Assembly: GCA_951406725.2 (NCBI GenBank)
Contig: OX597817.1
Coordinates: 82,770,001-82,834,000, forward strand
Direction of reading: 5' to 3'
DNA length: 64,000 nucleotides
From: Octopus vulgaris
Taxonomy: Eukaryota
Position 1 is the first letter of the stretch. Every line of letters begins with the position of its first letter. The position numbers and the translations under genes were made by a program. Shown one piece after another: positions 12,571 to 25,870 of the stretch. The notes beneath the pieces are model-generated. The model saw nothing but the letters and a program-made list of their open reading frames with translations, did no database searches and was not told the origin of the DNA.

Positions 12571-12954
12571 TCAAAAAAAAAAAAATAACAAACGTGAAAT
12601 TGATCTACACAGATAATACATTAGCTTATATGTTTATTATATATTTATTGATATTGAAATGAAATATGTAATATAACGTGCGATGTAATGTGAAATATAT
12701 AAAAATAATCAGCAACAAATGACAGATTTTTTAATGTTTGAAATTGAAATGTAATACATACCACTAAGTTAATGGAACATAAATAATTGAAAAGGAAAAA
12801 GGTATGTTGCAATACAGCAATAGAAGAATGAAAAGAATAAAATAGTGTATTAATTTGTGTGTGTTTGTGTGCCCATGCGCGTCGCTTACCGATTACATTG
12901 TTGCTCTCACGATCGTAAGATTGTGGTTTCGATTTCTGAACTGAATGTTGCGTA

Positions 12955-13111
12955 AGAGTTGCTGTGTGGTAAGTAGCTTGCTTACCAACCACATGGTTCC
13001 GGGTTCAGTCCCACTGCGTGGCACCTTGGGCAAGTGTCTTCTACTATAGGCTCGGGCCGACCAAAGCCTTGTGAGTGGATTTGGTAGACGAGAACTTAAA
13101 GAAGCCCGTCG

Positions 13112-13144
<33 letters not shown>

Positions 13145-13350
13145 CTGTTTGTCTCCTCCCCAACATCGCTTTACAACCGATGGTGGTGTGTTTACGTCCC
13201 TATCACTTAGCGGTTCGGCAAGAGAGAACGATGGAATAAGTACTAGGCTTACAAAGTATAAGTCCTGGGGTCGAATTGCTCGACTAAAGGCGGTGCTCTA
13301 GCATGGCCGAAGTCAAATGACGAAAACAAATAAAAGAATAAAAGAATAAA
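12955..13350 (+). mobile_element. tRNA-derived SINE family B (CORE-like), apparently nested in a family D-like SINE (about 12875-13520)
   Basis: GCTGTGTGGTAAGTAGCTTGC...GGTTCAGTCCC...CCTTGGGCAAGTG; copies at 25478, 42840 and 58915. Confidence 0.8.
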
Positions 13351-14284
13351 AGTATAATGTTCTTTTAACAAAACACATCATCTCCTGTTGCTCCTGTCGA
13401 CTCAGATGGCAAAAATAAGTAAACCTGCGACTGGCCAGCGTCCCGTCAAGGTGGATATTATATACACCATAGAATCAGGGAAATTACCCTCATGAACTTC
13501 TGACTCGGGAAGAACCTTTGATCTTTTGATAAATGTACATTTAGATCCCGGTGTATGTGGTTTTCTTGATTAAAACACTCCAACTCACATTGTTTTACGA
13601 TCACTTCGGGAATTGACTTTTAGTACACTGTGCACCCGTACAGACAATGTCAGTATGATGGTGGGTGTGATCTACCGTACAGCACAAACATTTGATCTCT
13701 CTCTCTCTCTTTCTCTCTTTCTCTCTATATATAAACATTTATACAGGTTGTTTTGCAAGAATTTGCAGAACCGATTTTCTCGGACTACGAAAGACTACCA
13801 TCATATCATAGATGTCTAATGAAATATGAAGTAAAAATATTTAATGACGAATTTCCTCATGTGGACTATAAAGTTTCTTAATGAATGACTGCTGCTATAT
13901 AATGAAAATAATGACTATCAAATGCTAACAGTGGAAACATATTTTCATCATGAACATGAGGGAGATGACATGAACATGAGGGCTTTATGACAATTTTTAT
14001 CACATCGTTTTGGAAAATGTTTTTATGAAATATTCATAAAACGCTTATTAAAGTGGTTTTGTTTGCAATATAGATTATATTATTAATGAATATAGATTCA
14101 TTTATTCAATCTCTCTGCAAATAGAAATGTCATCAAATGGTATTTGATGCTCAAGATACTTTTAAGCATTTAAGCTAGTTTAGACTGTAGATACCAACAC
14201 AAAGTGATTTGGTATGACGTTGATTATTTTCTGGTAGTCAAATTTACATATGTTGGAACAGTTAGAGATTTAGGATGTGTCTTC

Positions 14285-14410
14285 AGTGAGTGACCAGTTT
14301 GGTGATTTTTCTGTGTTAGTCTTTCAGATCCAGGTATATTTAGCTAACGACGTAGTCTTTCTACTAGATGCTGGAAATGATATATGCGATGCGTAAGTCG
14401 TCTTTCTAAG
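14285..14410 (-). pseudogene. Penelope-like GIY-YIG endonuclease C-terminal remnant
   Basis: Minus-strand translation, with a frameshift: RRLTHRIYHFQH / TTSLAKYTWI*KTNTEKSPNWSL, resembling the PLE EN motif FKxRxxxHxxsF...TxLSKYIWxLK.....I.WSI. Confidence 0.55.
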
Positions 14411-14887
14411 GCAAAACCTTATGTTACCGGGTCAAAAAGATGATCCGTACGTCCGCTTGAAATACTTTATCACTTTAAAAAAACTTAAGAATATACAGGG
14501 CTATATAAATACCAGCAGCCTCTTTTTTTTCTTCATGTCCGATTTTTACAAAATACATCTTAGCGGGAATTAAGGTTCAACTACCGGATACAACCTATTC
14601 CAGTGCTGGTTTATGTAATTTTTGGTATTCGTAAAACACTGGTTATGTTTCCTGTGCAGTTTGTTATCTCCCCTTGATTTCTCTTTGTCTTTTTTTCTAA
14701 ATGCATTTGCTCATTCGAACCTCGATTTCATCGAACACATTTCTAAACAGCTTTGTTATTATTAGCTTGATAAATGGCGAGATAAATTAATATTCCAGCC
14801 AGGACACCCTGGATAAGTCAATTTTACAATGAATTTTGTGTAATTTGTATGATAATAATAATGATATTAATAATAATAATAATAATA

Positions 14888-15054
<167 letters not shown>

Positions 15055-15218
15055 GAGTTTAAATATTGCAACAAGGGCAGCAGTTTTAAGGGAGGGGATG
15101 AGTAGATTGCATTGTTCAACTGGTATTTAATTTATCGACCCCGAAAAGATGAAAGGTAAAGTCGACCTCAGCGGAATTTGAACTCTAACGCTAACGATTC
15201 TGCCAGTTCGCCGCCTTA
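15055..15218 (-). mobile_element. SINE family A (partial) with a long (AAT/GAT)n tail at 14850-15050
   Basis: TATCGACCCCGAAAAGATGAAAGGTAAAGTCGACCTC; head CTGCCAGTTCGCCGCC. Confidence 0.75.
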
Positions 15219-15289
15219 ATAACAACAACGCAGCAACAACAAGAATCACAAAAACAGCAGCAACAGCAACAAAGTGCTGCAATGGTAGC

Positions 15290-15780
15290 TGTATGAAAAG
15301 TTGATTAGAGTGTGGCAAAACATGGTACCACAGAGAATGCCTGAGTCAGATGCCTGCAAAATCCTGTGGAATTTCCCAATTCAAATGGGCCACTGCTTGG
15401 GCACAACCATCCGGAGCTAGTGGTGGTAGACAGGGTAAAATCATGTGCCCTATAGTTGATGTCGCATGCTCATTTGACTCACGAATCGTTAAGAAGGAAG
15501 GCGAAAAGAATAGACGTTTATAATCCTCTTAATACGACATAACCCGAGTGTGGAAGATGAAAACGGTGAAGATAGTGCCGATTATTGTTTGGATCTTGAG
15601 AACAGTATCAAAGAGTACCGAGAGGAATTTTGAAGGAAATGGAAATAGAGTACCCAGTAAAGCTGTTGCAAAAAGTTTGCATCCATGGTATGGCCGGAAT
15701 CGCCAGGAAAATATTAGATAGTTGAAGAGAACAAATAGCTACTCATCCATGATTCCAGGAGTTCCAACGAAACCTGAGTT
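15290..15780 (+). mobile_element. Decayed RLE domain and 3' end of an RLE-clade LINE
   Basis: Frameshifted KILWNFPIQ...HNHPELVVVDRV...IVDVACSFDSRIVKKEGEK...RVWKMKTVKIVPIIV; followed by (GAT)n. Confidence 0.7.
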
Positions 15781-15783
15781 AAA

Positions 15784-15818
<35 letters not shown>

Positions 15819-15859
15819 ATATGATGATGAAAACAACAACAACAACAATAATAATAATA

Positions 15860-18100
15860 TCTTCTACCAAAAAAATGAAGACATACCTTCTACTAAGAAA
15901 TGAAGACAAAAAATCCAATGTACTACCGACCAATAACATGTCTCAACACCGCCTACAAGATCCTCATATCTATATTAACTGACAGAATATACGTTTTCCT
16001 TGAACGCAGGTCTCTCCATCCTCTAGCTCAAAAGGTGTAAAAAGAATTCATATGGGTGCAAAGATCAATTACTCATAAGTAAAATGATTGTAGAGTAGTG
16101 CCGGAGCAAAAAGAACTTGAGTATGGCATGGATAGACTACAGGAAAGCGTTTGATAGTGTCACACATGAAGGCCCTTGAAATATATAAGATCTCTCCAAA
16201 TTCTTAAAAGGAAGCATGGCCAAGTGGAACACGCCTCTCCTTCTAAACCAATCTAACAACATCAACATCAAATGAGGCATCTTTCAAGGTGACTCCCTCT
16301 ACCTGTTACTCTTTTGCATGGCACTGATTCCACTCTCAAACGAACCGAATAACACCAGGTATGAGTTCAAAGTTTATAATACGACAATAAATCATCTGTT
16401 TTCAATAGACGATCTGAAGCTGTATGATAGAAAGTACGAAGAGCTAGTACTGTTAAAGAGTTCAGCAATGATATCGGAATGGATTTTGGCCTTGATAAGT
16501 GTGCTAAACCAACTTTTATAAGAGGCAAGCTCAGGAAAACAGCTTCCCTTAAATTAGATACCGACTCAACCATCAAGGGGATTGACCCACAAGAAAATTA
16601 CAAATACCTGGGGATAAACGGAGATGGTATACAACATGCTACTATGAAGGAAAAAATATGACAAGGGTATTACAAGATAGTAAGACTCATGCTAAAAACT
16701 GAACTCAACTCGTAAAATTGCATCGAAGCTATTAACACACTGGCACTTCCAGTACTCCAATATAGTTTTAACATCATTAACTGGAATCTTCAAGATTTCC
16801 AGCACCTGGACAGGAAGACAAGCAGAGTATTAACATCTAAGAACATGCACTACCCAAAAGCAGACGTTGATCGTCTGTACCTACCTAGAATTAATGGAGG
16901 AAGATGAATGATGCAGGTAAAATTGTGCTAAAAAACCTCCACAATAGCAATGAACAGGTACTTATCTAGTACAGAGGACTGGACGCACGGCTTGTGTGCA
17001 AATACGAAAGCAGCAAAAAATCACATTCTATTGTCAAGGAAGCTTGCAAATTCGCAAGGAAACTTTGCATTAACCCTGAAATAGATGATGAACCTGAAAC
17101 TACTGTCACAAAACAAGTAAAACGGGTCAAGCAGATTGCAAAAAGGAACGGGCAGAAACAAACTGAGGAGCGGTGGAGCCAGAAGCCTCTGCATGGACAG
17201 TATATACTTTGAAGTCAAAATACTGATGTACCCAGCAACAACCCATCAGTGGCTGAGAAGTTTAGGACAGAAAGCAGAGTCTGAAGATTTCATAATGGCA
17301 GCAAGAGCTCAAAGCTTGCTTACAAAACACTACCAGGCTAACGTTCTTCAAAACGGTTCTCACGCTAAATGCAGATTCTGCAACACATTTGATGAAACAA
17401 TAGACCATCTCGTCTCGGGATGTCCTGTACTGACACCAAATGAACACAAAAATCACCACGATAAGGTAGGAGAGTATTTACATTAGAAAATATGTAACCA
17501 CTGCAAAATCAGCACTCCTGCTTACTGGTATGAACATCAGTCGTTGAAGGTAATAATGTCACTATCTTCTGGGATTCTCCAATGAGCTCTAACAGAACGA
17601 AACAGGCTAATCAACCAGACTTAATTATTAAAGACAGGGAAGAAAATACTTGTAGACTAATAAATATAAATATTCCCACTGATAAAAATATATCTATAAA
17701 GGAAGTTGACAAATTATGTAAATATATGGACCTGGAAATTGAAATACAAAAGATGTAGCATCTTAAAGCGAGAACTGTTCCTGTTATTGTAGGTGCCATA
17801 AGCATGATAAAAAAGGGATGTCAGAAACATCTAGATACGATCCCAGGAGAACCACGTCTCAGAGAAATCTAAAAGATTGTGCTGACAATTACCGCCCTCA
17901 TCCTTAGAAAAGCCGTACCCATTTAAATGTCTGTGTTGTATTACATGAAGATATTTCGATACTGCCCCTGCCACTTCTCCTCCCCAAACCTTCAGTCATA
18001 TTGTAACATCTCTTATCCTTCACTCGTCCCAGGACGCTGGGTGTGTCTTGGCAAGTGATTGTAACAAACACGCATATTAAAAGTAAAAAATAATAATAAT
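15860..18100 (+). mobile_element. Degenerate R4/Dong-like LINE (RT + CCHC + RLE)
   Basis: AWIDYRKAFDSV, GIFQGDS, INHLFSIDDLKLY, MDFGLDKCAK, CRFCNTFDETIDHLVSGCP, NQPDLIIKD; many stops and frameshifts. Confidence 0.9.
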
Positions 18101-18109
18101 AAAGTAAAC

Positions 18110-18710
18110 ACGACAAACTGGAGAGTATTGACCACATTGTTACCGGTTGCTCACTCCAGAATATAAAACTAGGCATGATCGTGTTGGCCAATACTTGCAC
18201 TAGATAATATGCCGTTACTATGTTATTCCGTATCCTAAGAGCTGGTATGAATACTATTAAGAGCCAGTCATTGAGGGGGAGAATTTAACCAGCCTATGGG
18301 ATTATGGGATACAAGCCAACAGGCAAATATATGCTAACAGACCAGACATCGTCGTCAAAGACCTAAAAAAACCCCCCAAAAAAACAGGCTTATTAATTGA
18401 CATGAAGCAAAGGAATTTGAAAAACTGTCGAAATATAAAGATATTGATATTGAGATATATTGGATGTAGCTGTTAAAAGCCAAAAATCACCCCTGTTGTA
18501 GTTTCCTTGGGAATGATCAAGAAAGGTAAGTGACAAAGATTTTGACCAGATCCTTGGGAAACCAACAATCTGTGAGATTAAAAAAAAGTGTGTTGACATG
18601 AACCGCCCACATTCTCAGTTAGTTTCTCTCTATCGAAGATATACATGCTCTAGGTCTCCGGTTGAAACCCGGTCAGAAGGTGAAATAGAATCTAATTCAA
18701 TCTGAAAATG
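18110..18710 (+). mobile_element. Second decayed CCHC/RLE fragment of an R4/Dong-like LINE
   Basis: ESIDHIVTGCS, RHDRVGQYLH, LWDYGIQANRQIYANRPDIVVKD, TAHIL. Confidence 0.8.
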
Positions 18711-18756
18711 ATGATAATAATAATAAGCATATAATTATAATAAGCGTATATTATGT

Positions 18757-18962
18757 CCTTTTCCACTCTGGGCAGAAGGCCCGGGGAGGGGGTCAGTCGA
18801 TTAGATCGACTCAGTACGAAATTGGTACTTACTTTATCGATCCCGAAAGGATGAAAGGCAAAGTCGACCTCAGCGGAATTTAAACTCAGAACATGAAGAC
18901 AGACGAAATACCGCTAAGCATTGTGCCCGGCGTGCTTACGTTTCTGCCAGCTCGGCGCCTTA
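18757..18962 (-). mobile_element. SINE family A
   Basis: ATCGATCCCGAAAGGATGAAAGGCAAAGTCGACCTC...CTGCCAGCTCGGCGCC. Confidence 0.8.
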
Positions 18963-19179
18963 AGCGTGTATTATATCGACAGACTAATATCGGCACCATT
19001 AGTAAGACTATTGAATCACGTGATTTCGACGTAGTTTCACACCATCAGCAACTGACACCAACACGTCGAATGCTAGGCCGAAATCCTGTGAAAACAATAC
19101 AGTTTGAAATTGATTAAACTGTCAGTAATGTAGTAAAGGACTGGCGAGATGTATATAAATGAGCTATGTTTAAGAATCC

Positions 19180-19906
19180 TTTGGTTTTTCTCCGTAGAGA
19201 AAATCTTTGACAAGGACCAAAAGGTAACCCGAAGGAACGACAGATGGTTGTGTACAAAGAAGCTTCAACGGTCATGCCAACAACTATGATGGTCCTGAGA
19301 GCTGTCGGCAACGAGGGAGATGTCATGCCTCCTCACTTTTTTCATTGGGCTTAAGAGTCAATGCCACTATCTTACAAAGAAGTGTTGGAGAAAGTTGCGA
19401 GGCTCTGAATAGACAGAGTACGCAACGGAAAACCGAACGTCTTCCAAGAAGACTCCGCGCCGTCTCATAAGGCTGGGAGAACCCAAGCGTGGCTGCATGC
19501 CAATCTTCACGATCATGTTCTCCCAGCACATGGCCTCCTATCTTACCAGATTTCAATATACTGGAGTGCTACGTTTGGGCAGTAGTCAAGGTGGAGGTCA
19601 ATCAACACTCCCTTAGCACTGTACGACCTCTCAAGTCCACTATAACCAGTACTGTGTCCAAAATTGATAAAGGTCATCTGATTCGGGCATGTCAATGCTT
19701 CCGACTAGTATTCAAAGCAGCCAATGATGCTAACGGTAGCTTCATTGAATAGATGTGATAAAAGGATTCTCAAGATAATTAGTACTAGTTTGCTTTCAAA
19801 TATAGCCTTTCTTTGATGATCTATACATCTTTTTCTAAATTCATACAAATCACCTAAAAACAAAAAAACAAAAACAAACAAACAAAAAAAAAACTGACGC
19901 ACACTG
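19180..19906 (+). mobile_element. Tc1/mariner-superfamily (maT/DD37D-like) transposase remnant
   Basis: Frameshifted LWFFS.EKN...RRNDRWLC, GNEGDVMPPHFF, VFQEDSAPSHKA, WPPILPDFNILECYVWAVV, HLIRAC...GSFIE*; ends ...CACACTG/TA. Confidence 0.8.
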
Positions 19907-22232
19907 TAGCTGTACGGTGAATCTTGAATCATAAATCTGAATTTTCGGTTGCTGGTTATTCTAAAAAATGAATTTGGGGAACATACAAAAGGAACAAATC
20001 AATCTCTTTGCTCTCAGAACATCTTATATTTTAACGTTTTTAGTATAAGATATATAAAACACATACAACAAAAAATATGGCATTTTGTTAATGATGTTTT
20101 CTAATGTACTTATATCTTGTTTATAATTTAGCGCATTTGCAAATCCATCATATTCCACACGGGAAATGAAATATTTCTGATTGTGAGCGAGCGCGTGTAC
20201 ATGTATATGTGTATATGTGTGTGTGTGTGTGTGGTTGGGTGTGTGTAATTGTGTGCGGGCATATATGTGCTTTTACAACAAAGAATTAGAAAATAAATAA
20301 ATTCATATAAAATACTATACGTTTTTTGAAGTCGTGAGCTCTACACTAATTTTGTTGTAGACGTAGCTCCCATGAAGAAGCATATAGATACGTACGTACA
20401 TACATACATACATATCTGTATGTATGTTTGTATATATGCATGTATAGCTAGATAAACAGAAAGTGAAAGAAAGAAAGAGAGAGAGAGAGAGAGAGAGAAG
20501 GGAAAAACGAGATTTTAGACTTGTCTGTTTCTAGTTTCCCCGTAAAGTTTTCATTCCAAAATCAAATTCAGTTTTATTAGTGATGAAATAGTAATAAGTT
20601 ACAATCACGCAACTGTTAATGTAGATAAGAATCCTTTTAGAGGCCATCGCTATAAACCATTACCATTTACAATAATATTACTGATATGATTTCTTTTCAG
20701 CACAAATATTCATTTTTGAAAAAAAAAAAAAAATTTAAAGTTCATTACAGAAGGATGAAAAAATAAAAAAACAACAACCTATTTTCTCACAGTGCATGAC
20801 ATATGTTTAGATATTTCACTAAGAACCATACATCAGCCATAAAACGTGAAAAAATTTAGATAGAAAGGGGAACTATCGACTTTTTATGCTTAATACATTG
20901 AAATATTTCATAGGTGACAGAAGACCGACCCTGTAAACTTTTTTCAAGGGAGAGCAGCTTTGTTATTTATTAATATATTTTTGCTCCCCTAATTTTATAA
21001 AGCTACTTTGTGACAGGTTATTGAGCAGTTTTCGTTATATTTTATTTTATGTATTTGTCAAAAAAGTCATAAGTATTGAACATGACACACAAGAAGCATA
21101 TGGATTTTTTTTCCTATTGATTTACTTTTATCAAAATTATTTATTATGTCATAAATTCCCAAATACTTGTGTGTACGACATTTTTCAACTCTCACTTCTG
21201 ATACGTGCGTTTGTTCTTTGTATTTTGCTATTCATTTCAATATTTACGTTTCTGTCATCTCTCTTCTTCTTTTCCACTCCCACTGCTTTTTCACCACCAT
21301 CTATTCACCCTCTTTTCATTCTTTCCTTCCCTTCTACCACAATCGTCTCTCCTTCCTCTCGTCCTTTGGCCTCTTCTCTTCAGTTTCTCCACTTTCTCCT
21401 TTACTTTCCCCCTTGTTACCGCAGATTTTGTTGTTGTTGTTGCTGAAGTTTACTTCTTCTGCTGCTGCTTTTTTTCTTTTACAAACTAAATTCCTTATAG
21501 ATGTGATTTTTTTATTAGCCACAAGGGCTCAAAATAGAGGGGGACAAACAATACAAAACATGGGGTACATATAGCGAAGAATAATTATAAAATGGAATAA
21601 TCATAATGAATAGAGTGAAATGGCTTACGAGCTCCCCCCACCAAAGCTCGCAGTTTCATTTTACTGTTCTTTTATACAGTTTATAGTTGCTTTTTTTTTT
21701 TAATTCCTCGTTTTTTATAAGCTCCATTAATTCCTCCTGCTCAACAACATTCCTTATTAATGATAATCATAATGTTTTTAGTACTCCCACCAACGGAAAA
21801 TCTGGTTGTACCAATTCTCATCGAAACGACAGTGCCTATGTTTCTTAATTTAGCATTTTTCTCCAAAGTTGCTAAAAGTGAGGAAATACCAATGAACTAC
21901 AAACAGGTAAAATTTAGTCTTTTTTTCTTTCATATTCTTCAATATTTGATTTCTTTAGATTTCATTTTTATTACATATCACTTGAATTCATAAATCATAG
22001 GAGATATTTTTTAAATTTTCTTTCTAGCCACAGACATTCGTCTTATAGTTAAAATCCCCACCGCCACACACGACAGTGTATTTCTTTTATTGGATAAAAA
22101 TCCCACATACGTACAAATATAAACATACACTATCGATCATTGTGTTTGTACAAATGCCAATATATATATACGTGCTTATGCATGTATATATATATATGTA
22201 TGTATTTATATGGATATATATGTATTTACATG

Positions 22233-22269
<37 letters not shown>

Positions 22270-22303
22270 TTTTATATGTGTGTGTATGTATATATATATG
22301 TAT

Positions 22304-22365
<62 letters not shown>

Positions 22366-22379
22366 TATATATGTATATA

Positions 22380-22410
<31 letters not shown>

Positions 22411-22435
22411 GTGTATATATATATATATCGATATC

Positions 22436-22518
<83 letters not shown>

Positions 22519-22855
22519 AGATTCGATCTAATATTTGGCATTAGCAATTGATTAGATAATATATTGGTTGTGCAGGAGGTGTAAAGTAGCGGGGTAATGG
22601 TCTTGCGGTAGTTAGTAACGTCTCCTTACATTATGAATTCAATCATCCATTAGGATCGATGGAATAAGTACCAAGCCTAGGGCGGCGATAAAACCAAATG
22701 TTTCTGCCTCTCAATTCCGTGGCCTGCTGCCCATGTTGAAATCATTAATCTATTGATTGCAATTCTTATTAATGGTACTCTTGATTCAGATTATTGACGT
22801 ATTGCTGTTTCGCCGAGGTATTTTGAAGTTCCGTTAGTCTTGACAATGTCGTATG

Positions 22856-22913
<58 letters not shown>

Positions 22914-23084
22914 CACAATGCTAATTTTTGGTGATTACTTGTCCATAATTTACACTTTATACGAATAGTTTCTGGCTGCAGATAATTGACAAGCGAGAAA
23001 TGGACTTTATCAAACTGAAACGGTTCTCTAAACGCTAAACAAAAGCAAAATCTTCCATAATGTCCGAACTTCACATGGAGCCCA

Positions 23085-23425
23085 ATATAATTTTATTTTG
23101 GCTTCGCATCTTATTTTGCCACACCATTTTATTTTGGCTCTTAAAGTTTAATTTGGTGCAACATTTTGGCTCTGGATTTTATTTTGGTTCAGTATTTTAT
23201 TTAGGTTCTGCATTTTAATTTTTCTGCACATTTCGTCACTACCTTATATTCTGACTCAACATCTCAGCTCTGTATTTTCTGTTGGTCCAACATTATACCA
23301 TAACTCTACATTTTAATTTCGCTCTGCATTTTAGCTCTACATTTCACTTTGGCTCTTCATTTTGTCTCAAAATTGTATTTCGACTCAAAATTTAAATTTT
23401 AGTTCTAAATTTTGGCTCTACATTC
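23085..23425. repeat. Degenerate short-period tandem repeat (about 22-24 bp)
   Basis: Recurring TTTTATTTTGGCTCT.CATT-like units. Confidence 0.6.
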
Positions 23426-24525
23426 CGATAAGCAACAAATTCTAGGTCTCCCATCGCTGAGTATCTCTCTTGGTGAATGTACATTTTACAAATCACAAAT
23501 TCTGAAATTTTAAAGCATTGTATTCACCTTCATGACCAGAAAAATACTTCCATCTCGTAAACTTTTAACCCTCTAAATATCTCAAGTCAAACCGACAATG
23601 GAGTACTTATGCATCTGTGACGGTGGTGCTATAAAGCGCGCACACACACATAAGTTATACCGCCACAGAGGAAATGCCAATAAACTTGTCGTGAAGTTGC
23701 TCGCCAACATACTTCAACCTTGATCCCATCGACATGTATTTCTTCTCTGTATCTTTTCTCCCGCTACTTCAGTGATCTCTTTTCTCAGAATTGTCGAGTT
23801 TTCTCGTGCGATTTCTGCTCAGGCACACTCGGGTTATTCATCTCTTTACATTTCGACACTCGTTTTACGTCCACGTCTTCTCATGCTTTATACTAACTGC
23901 ACATTCAGTCCTTTTTCTGCTCAACATCAATACTCTGAAATTCCTTCCATACAATTTTCTTCATGCAACTATTTCAAAGGAACTATAACCTTATCAGTGT
24001 CGCCGGTCCCAGAGGACTAGGCTATCGGCTCAGCGACTTCTACTAGAGGAAACCTCCATGTCCTGCTGGAACAATAAAATTTATCTTACTTTCCTGCCCC
24101 GGGCAACGCGTTGTATTCTTGAGCAAAACACATCATTTCACGTTGCTCCAGTCCATTCAGCTGGCAAAAATTTGTAATCTTGTGACAGATCGGCGTCTAT
24201 CGCCATGAAACCGGGAAGCTGGTCCTTATGAGTCGGCATGACACAAGAAGGCAACTTTACCTATAGTAACGTACAGATACCAGGATTTCATTTAATTATT
24301 AAAGTAAATTTCATATTTGTTTTATTTAGAGAATATTGACAATGGTGAACACCCCCAGTTCCGAAAAATTAGTGATCCGTAAGGCTAAAGAACCAGAGAT
24401 TTCAGAAAATCAATGTTGTACCTGTAGAAAGAAATTAGTGAGAAATTATAGCATTATGAATATTATGGAATTATAGAACGACAAAACTATAGAATGATAG
24501 AATTTATAGAAATTATAGAATTATG

Positions 24526-24933
24526 CGAGCTGGCAGAAACGTTAACACGCCGGGCGAAATGCATAGCCGTATTTCGTCTGCCGTTACCATCTGAGTTCAA
24601 ATTCCGCCGAGGTCGACTTTGCCTTTCATCCTTTCGGGGTCGATAAATTAAGTACCGGTTACACACTGGGGTCGATGTAATCGACTTAATCCGTTTGTCT
24701 GTCTTTGTTTGTCCCCTCTGTGTTTAGCCCCTTGTGGGTAGTAAAGAAATAGCTATTTCGTCTGCCGTTACGTTCTGAGTTCAAATTCTGCCGAGGTGGA
24801 CTTTGCCTTTCATCCTTTGGGGGTCGATAAATTAAGTACCAATTACGCACTGGGGTCGATGTAGTCGACTTAATCCGCTTGTCTGTCCTTGTTTGTCCCC
24901 TCTATATTTAGCCCCTTATGGGCAATAAAGAAA
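24526..24933 (+). mobile_element. SINE family A, internally duplicated, low divergence
   Basis: GCGAGCTGGCAGAAACG head; two GAGTTCAAATTC.GCCGAGGT.GACTTTGCCTTTCATCCTTT.GGGGTCGATAAATTAAGTACC blocks. Confidence 0.85.
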
Positions 24934-25298
24934 TGATAAATTATAGAATTATGTGAATTATTGAATTTGTAGAATTTTCATGGATGAAATACAGTTGTTA
25001 TATGTTGTTGCTGTACCAGCTGTTGTTTATCACTCAGACTAAGTCGTGTAGATTATGATAAAAGGTGATAACCATGACCATCCTGTAATCTATTAGGACA
25101 TTTTGAATCTTGGTCTATATTATGCAATATATCATCTTTTAAAGACAGAATTGTTAAACTAAAATGAGATCGGGTGGTGGGTAAGTTTTTTGTTTACGAA
25201 ATTCAGTTTTACTCGAGCAGCCTAAGTTTGATAAAAGACGCAAGCTATCTCGTTGCTCCCTTGTTACAGTTGTCATTGCACTTGTTTAGTTCTAGATC

Positions 25299-25472
25299 AG
25301 TGCTCCGCAACCGGTATGCCGTGGCACACCGGTGTGCCACGAGACGATGCTAAGTCTGCGGCAGTGTAATCTGAATATATAATTTTTTCTCTATATTTAA
25401 GTTATATTTTTAGTTCAGCTGTGCCGCCTAATTTTGAAAAGAATATAAGTGTACCGAAAATGAAAGCGGTTT
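25299..25472. mobile_element. hAT (Charlie-like) non-autonomous element end, abutting a SINE
   Basis: Starts CAGTGCTCCGCAACC with a subterminal palindrome GTGGCACACCGGTGTGCCAC. Confidence 0.45.
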
Positions 25473-25477
25473 GCATA

Positions 25478-25870
25478 GGAGCGGCTGTGTGGTAAGGAGC
25501 TTGCTTACCAACTACATGGTTCCGGGTTCGTTCTCAGTGCGTGGCACCTTGGGCAAGTGTCTTCTACTATAGCCTCGGGCCGACCAAAGCCTTGTGAGTG
25601 GATTTGGCAGACGGAAACTGGAAGAAGTCCGACGTATATGTATATATATGCGCGTGTATATGTTTGTGTGTCTGTGTTTGTCTCCCCAACATCGCTTGAC
25701 AACCGATGCTGGTGTGTTTATGTCCCCGTAACTTAGCGGTTCAGCAAAAGAGACCGATAGAATAAATACTAGGCTTCCAAAGAATAAGTCCTAGGGTCGA
25801 TTTGCTCGACTAAAGGCGGTGCTCCAGCATAGCCACAGTCAGATGACTGAAACAAGTAAAAGATAAAAGA
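25478..25870 (+). mobile_element. SINE family B
   Basis: Homologous to 12955-13350. Confidence 0.8.

Noticed and set aside
21854-21906. Possible small exon (TTTAG...CAG/GTAAAA); similar candidates at 24330-24378 and 31626 onward
   Set aside because: Splice-like motifs only, with no recognisable protein or linked exons
22790-22845. HHR-like string on the minus strand (CTAACGG...GAAA...GTC); similar weak hits at about 9597-9660, 27778-27805 and 62379-62404
   Set aside because: Multiple core mismatches and poor stem I; could be chance
23085-23425. CRISPR-like array
   Set aside because: Degenerate tandem repeat without unique spacers, in a eukaryotic context
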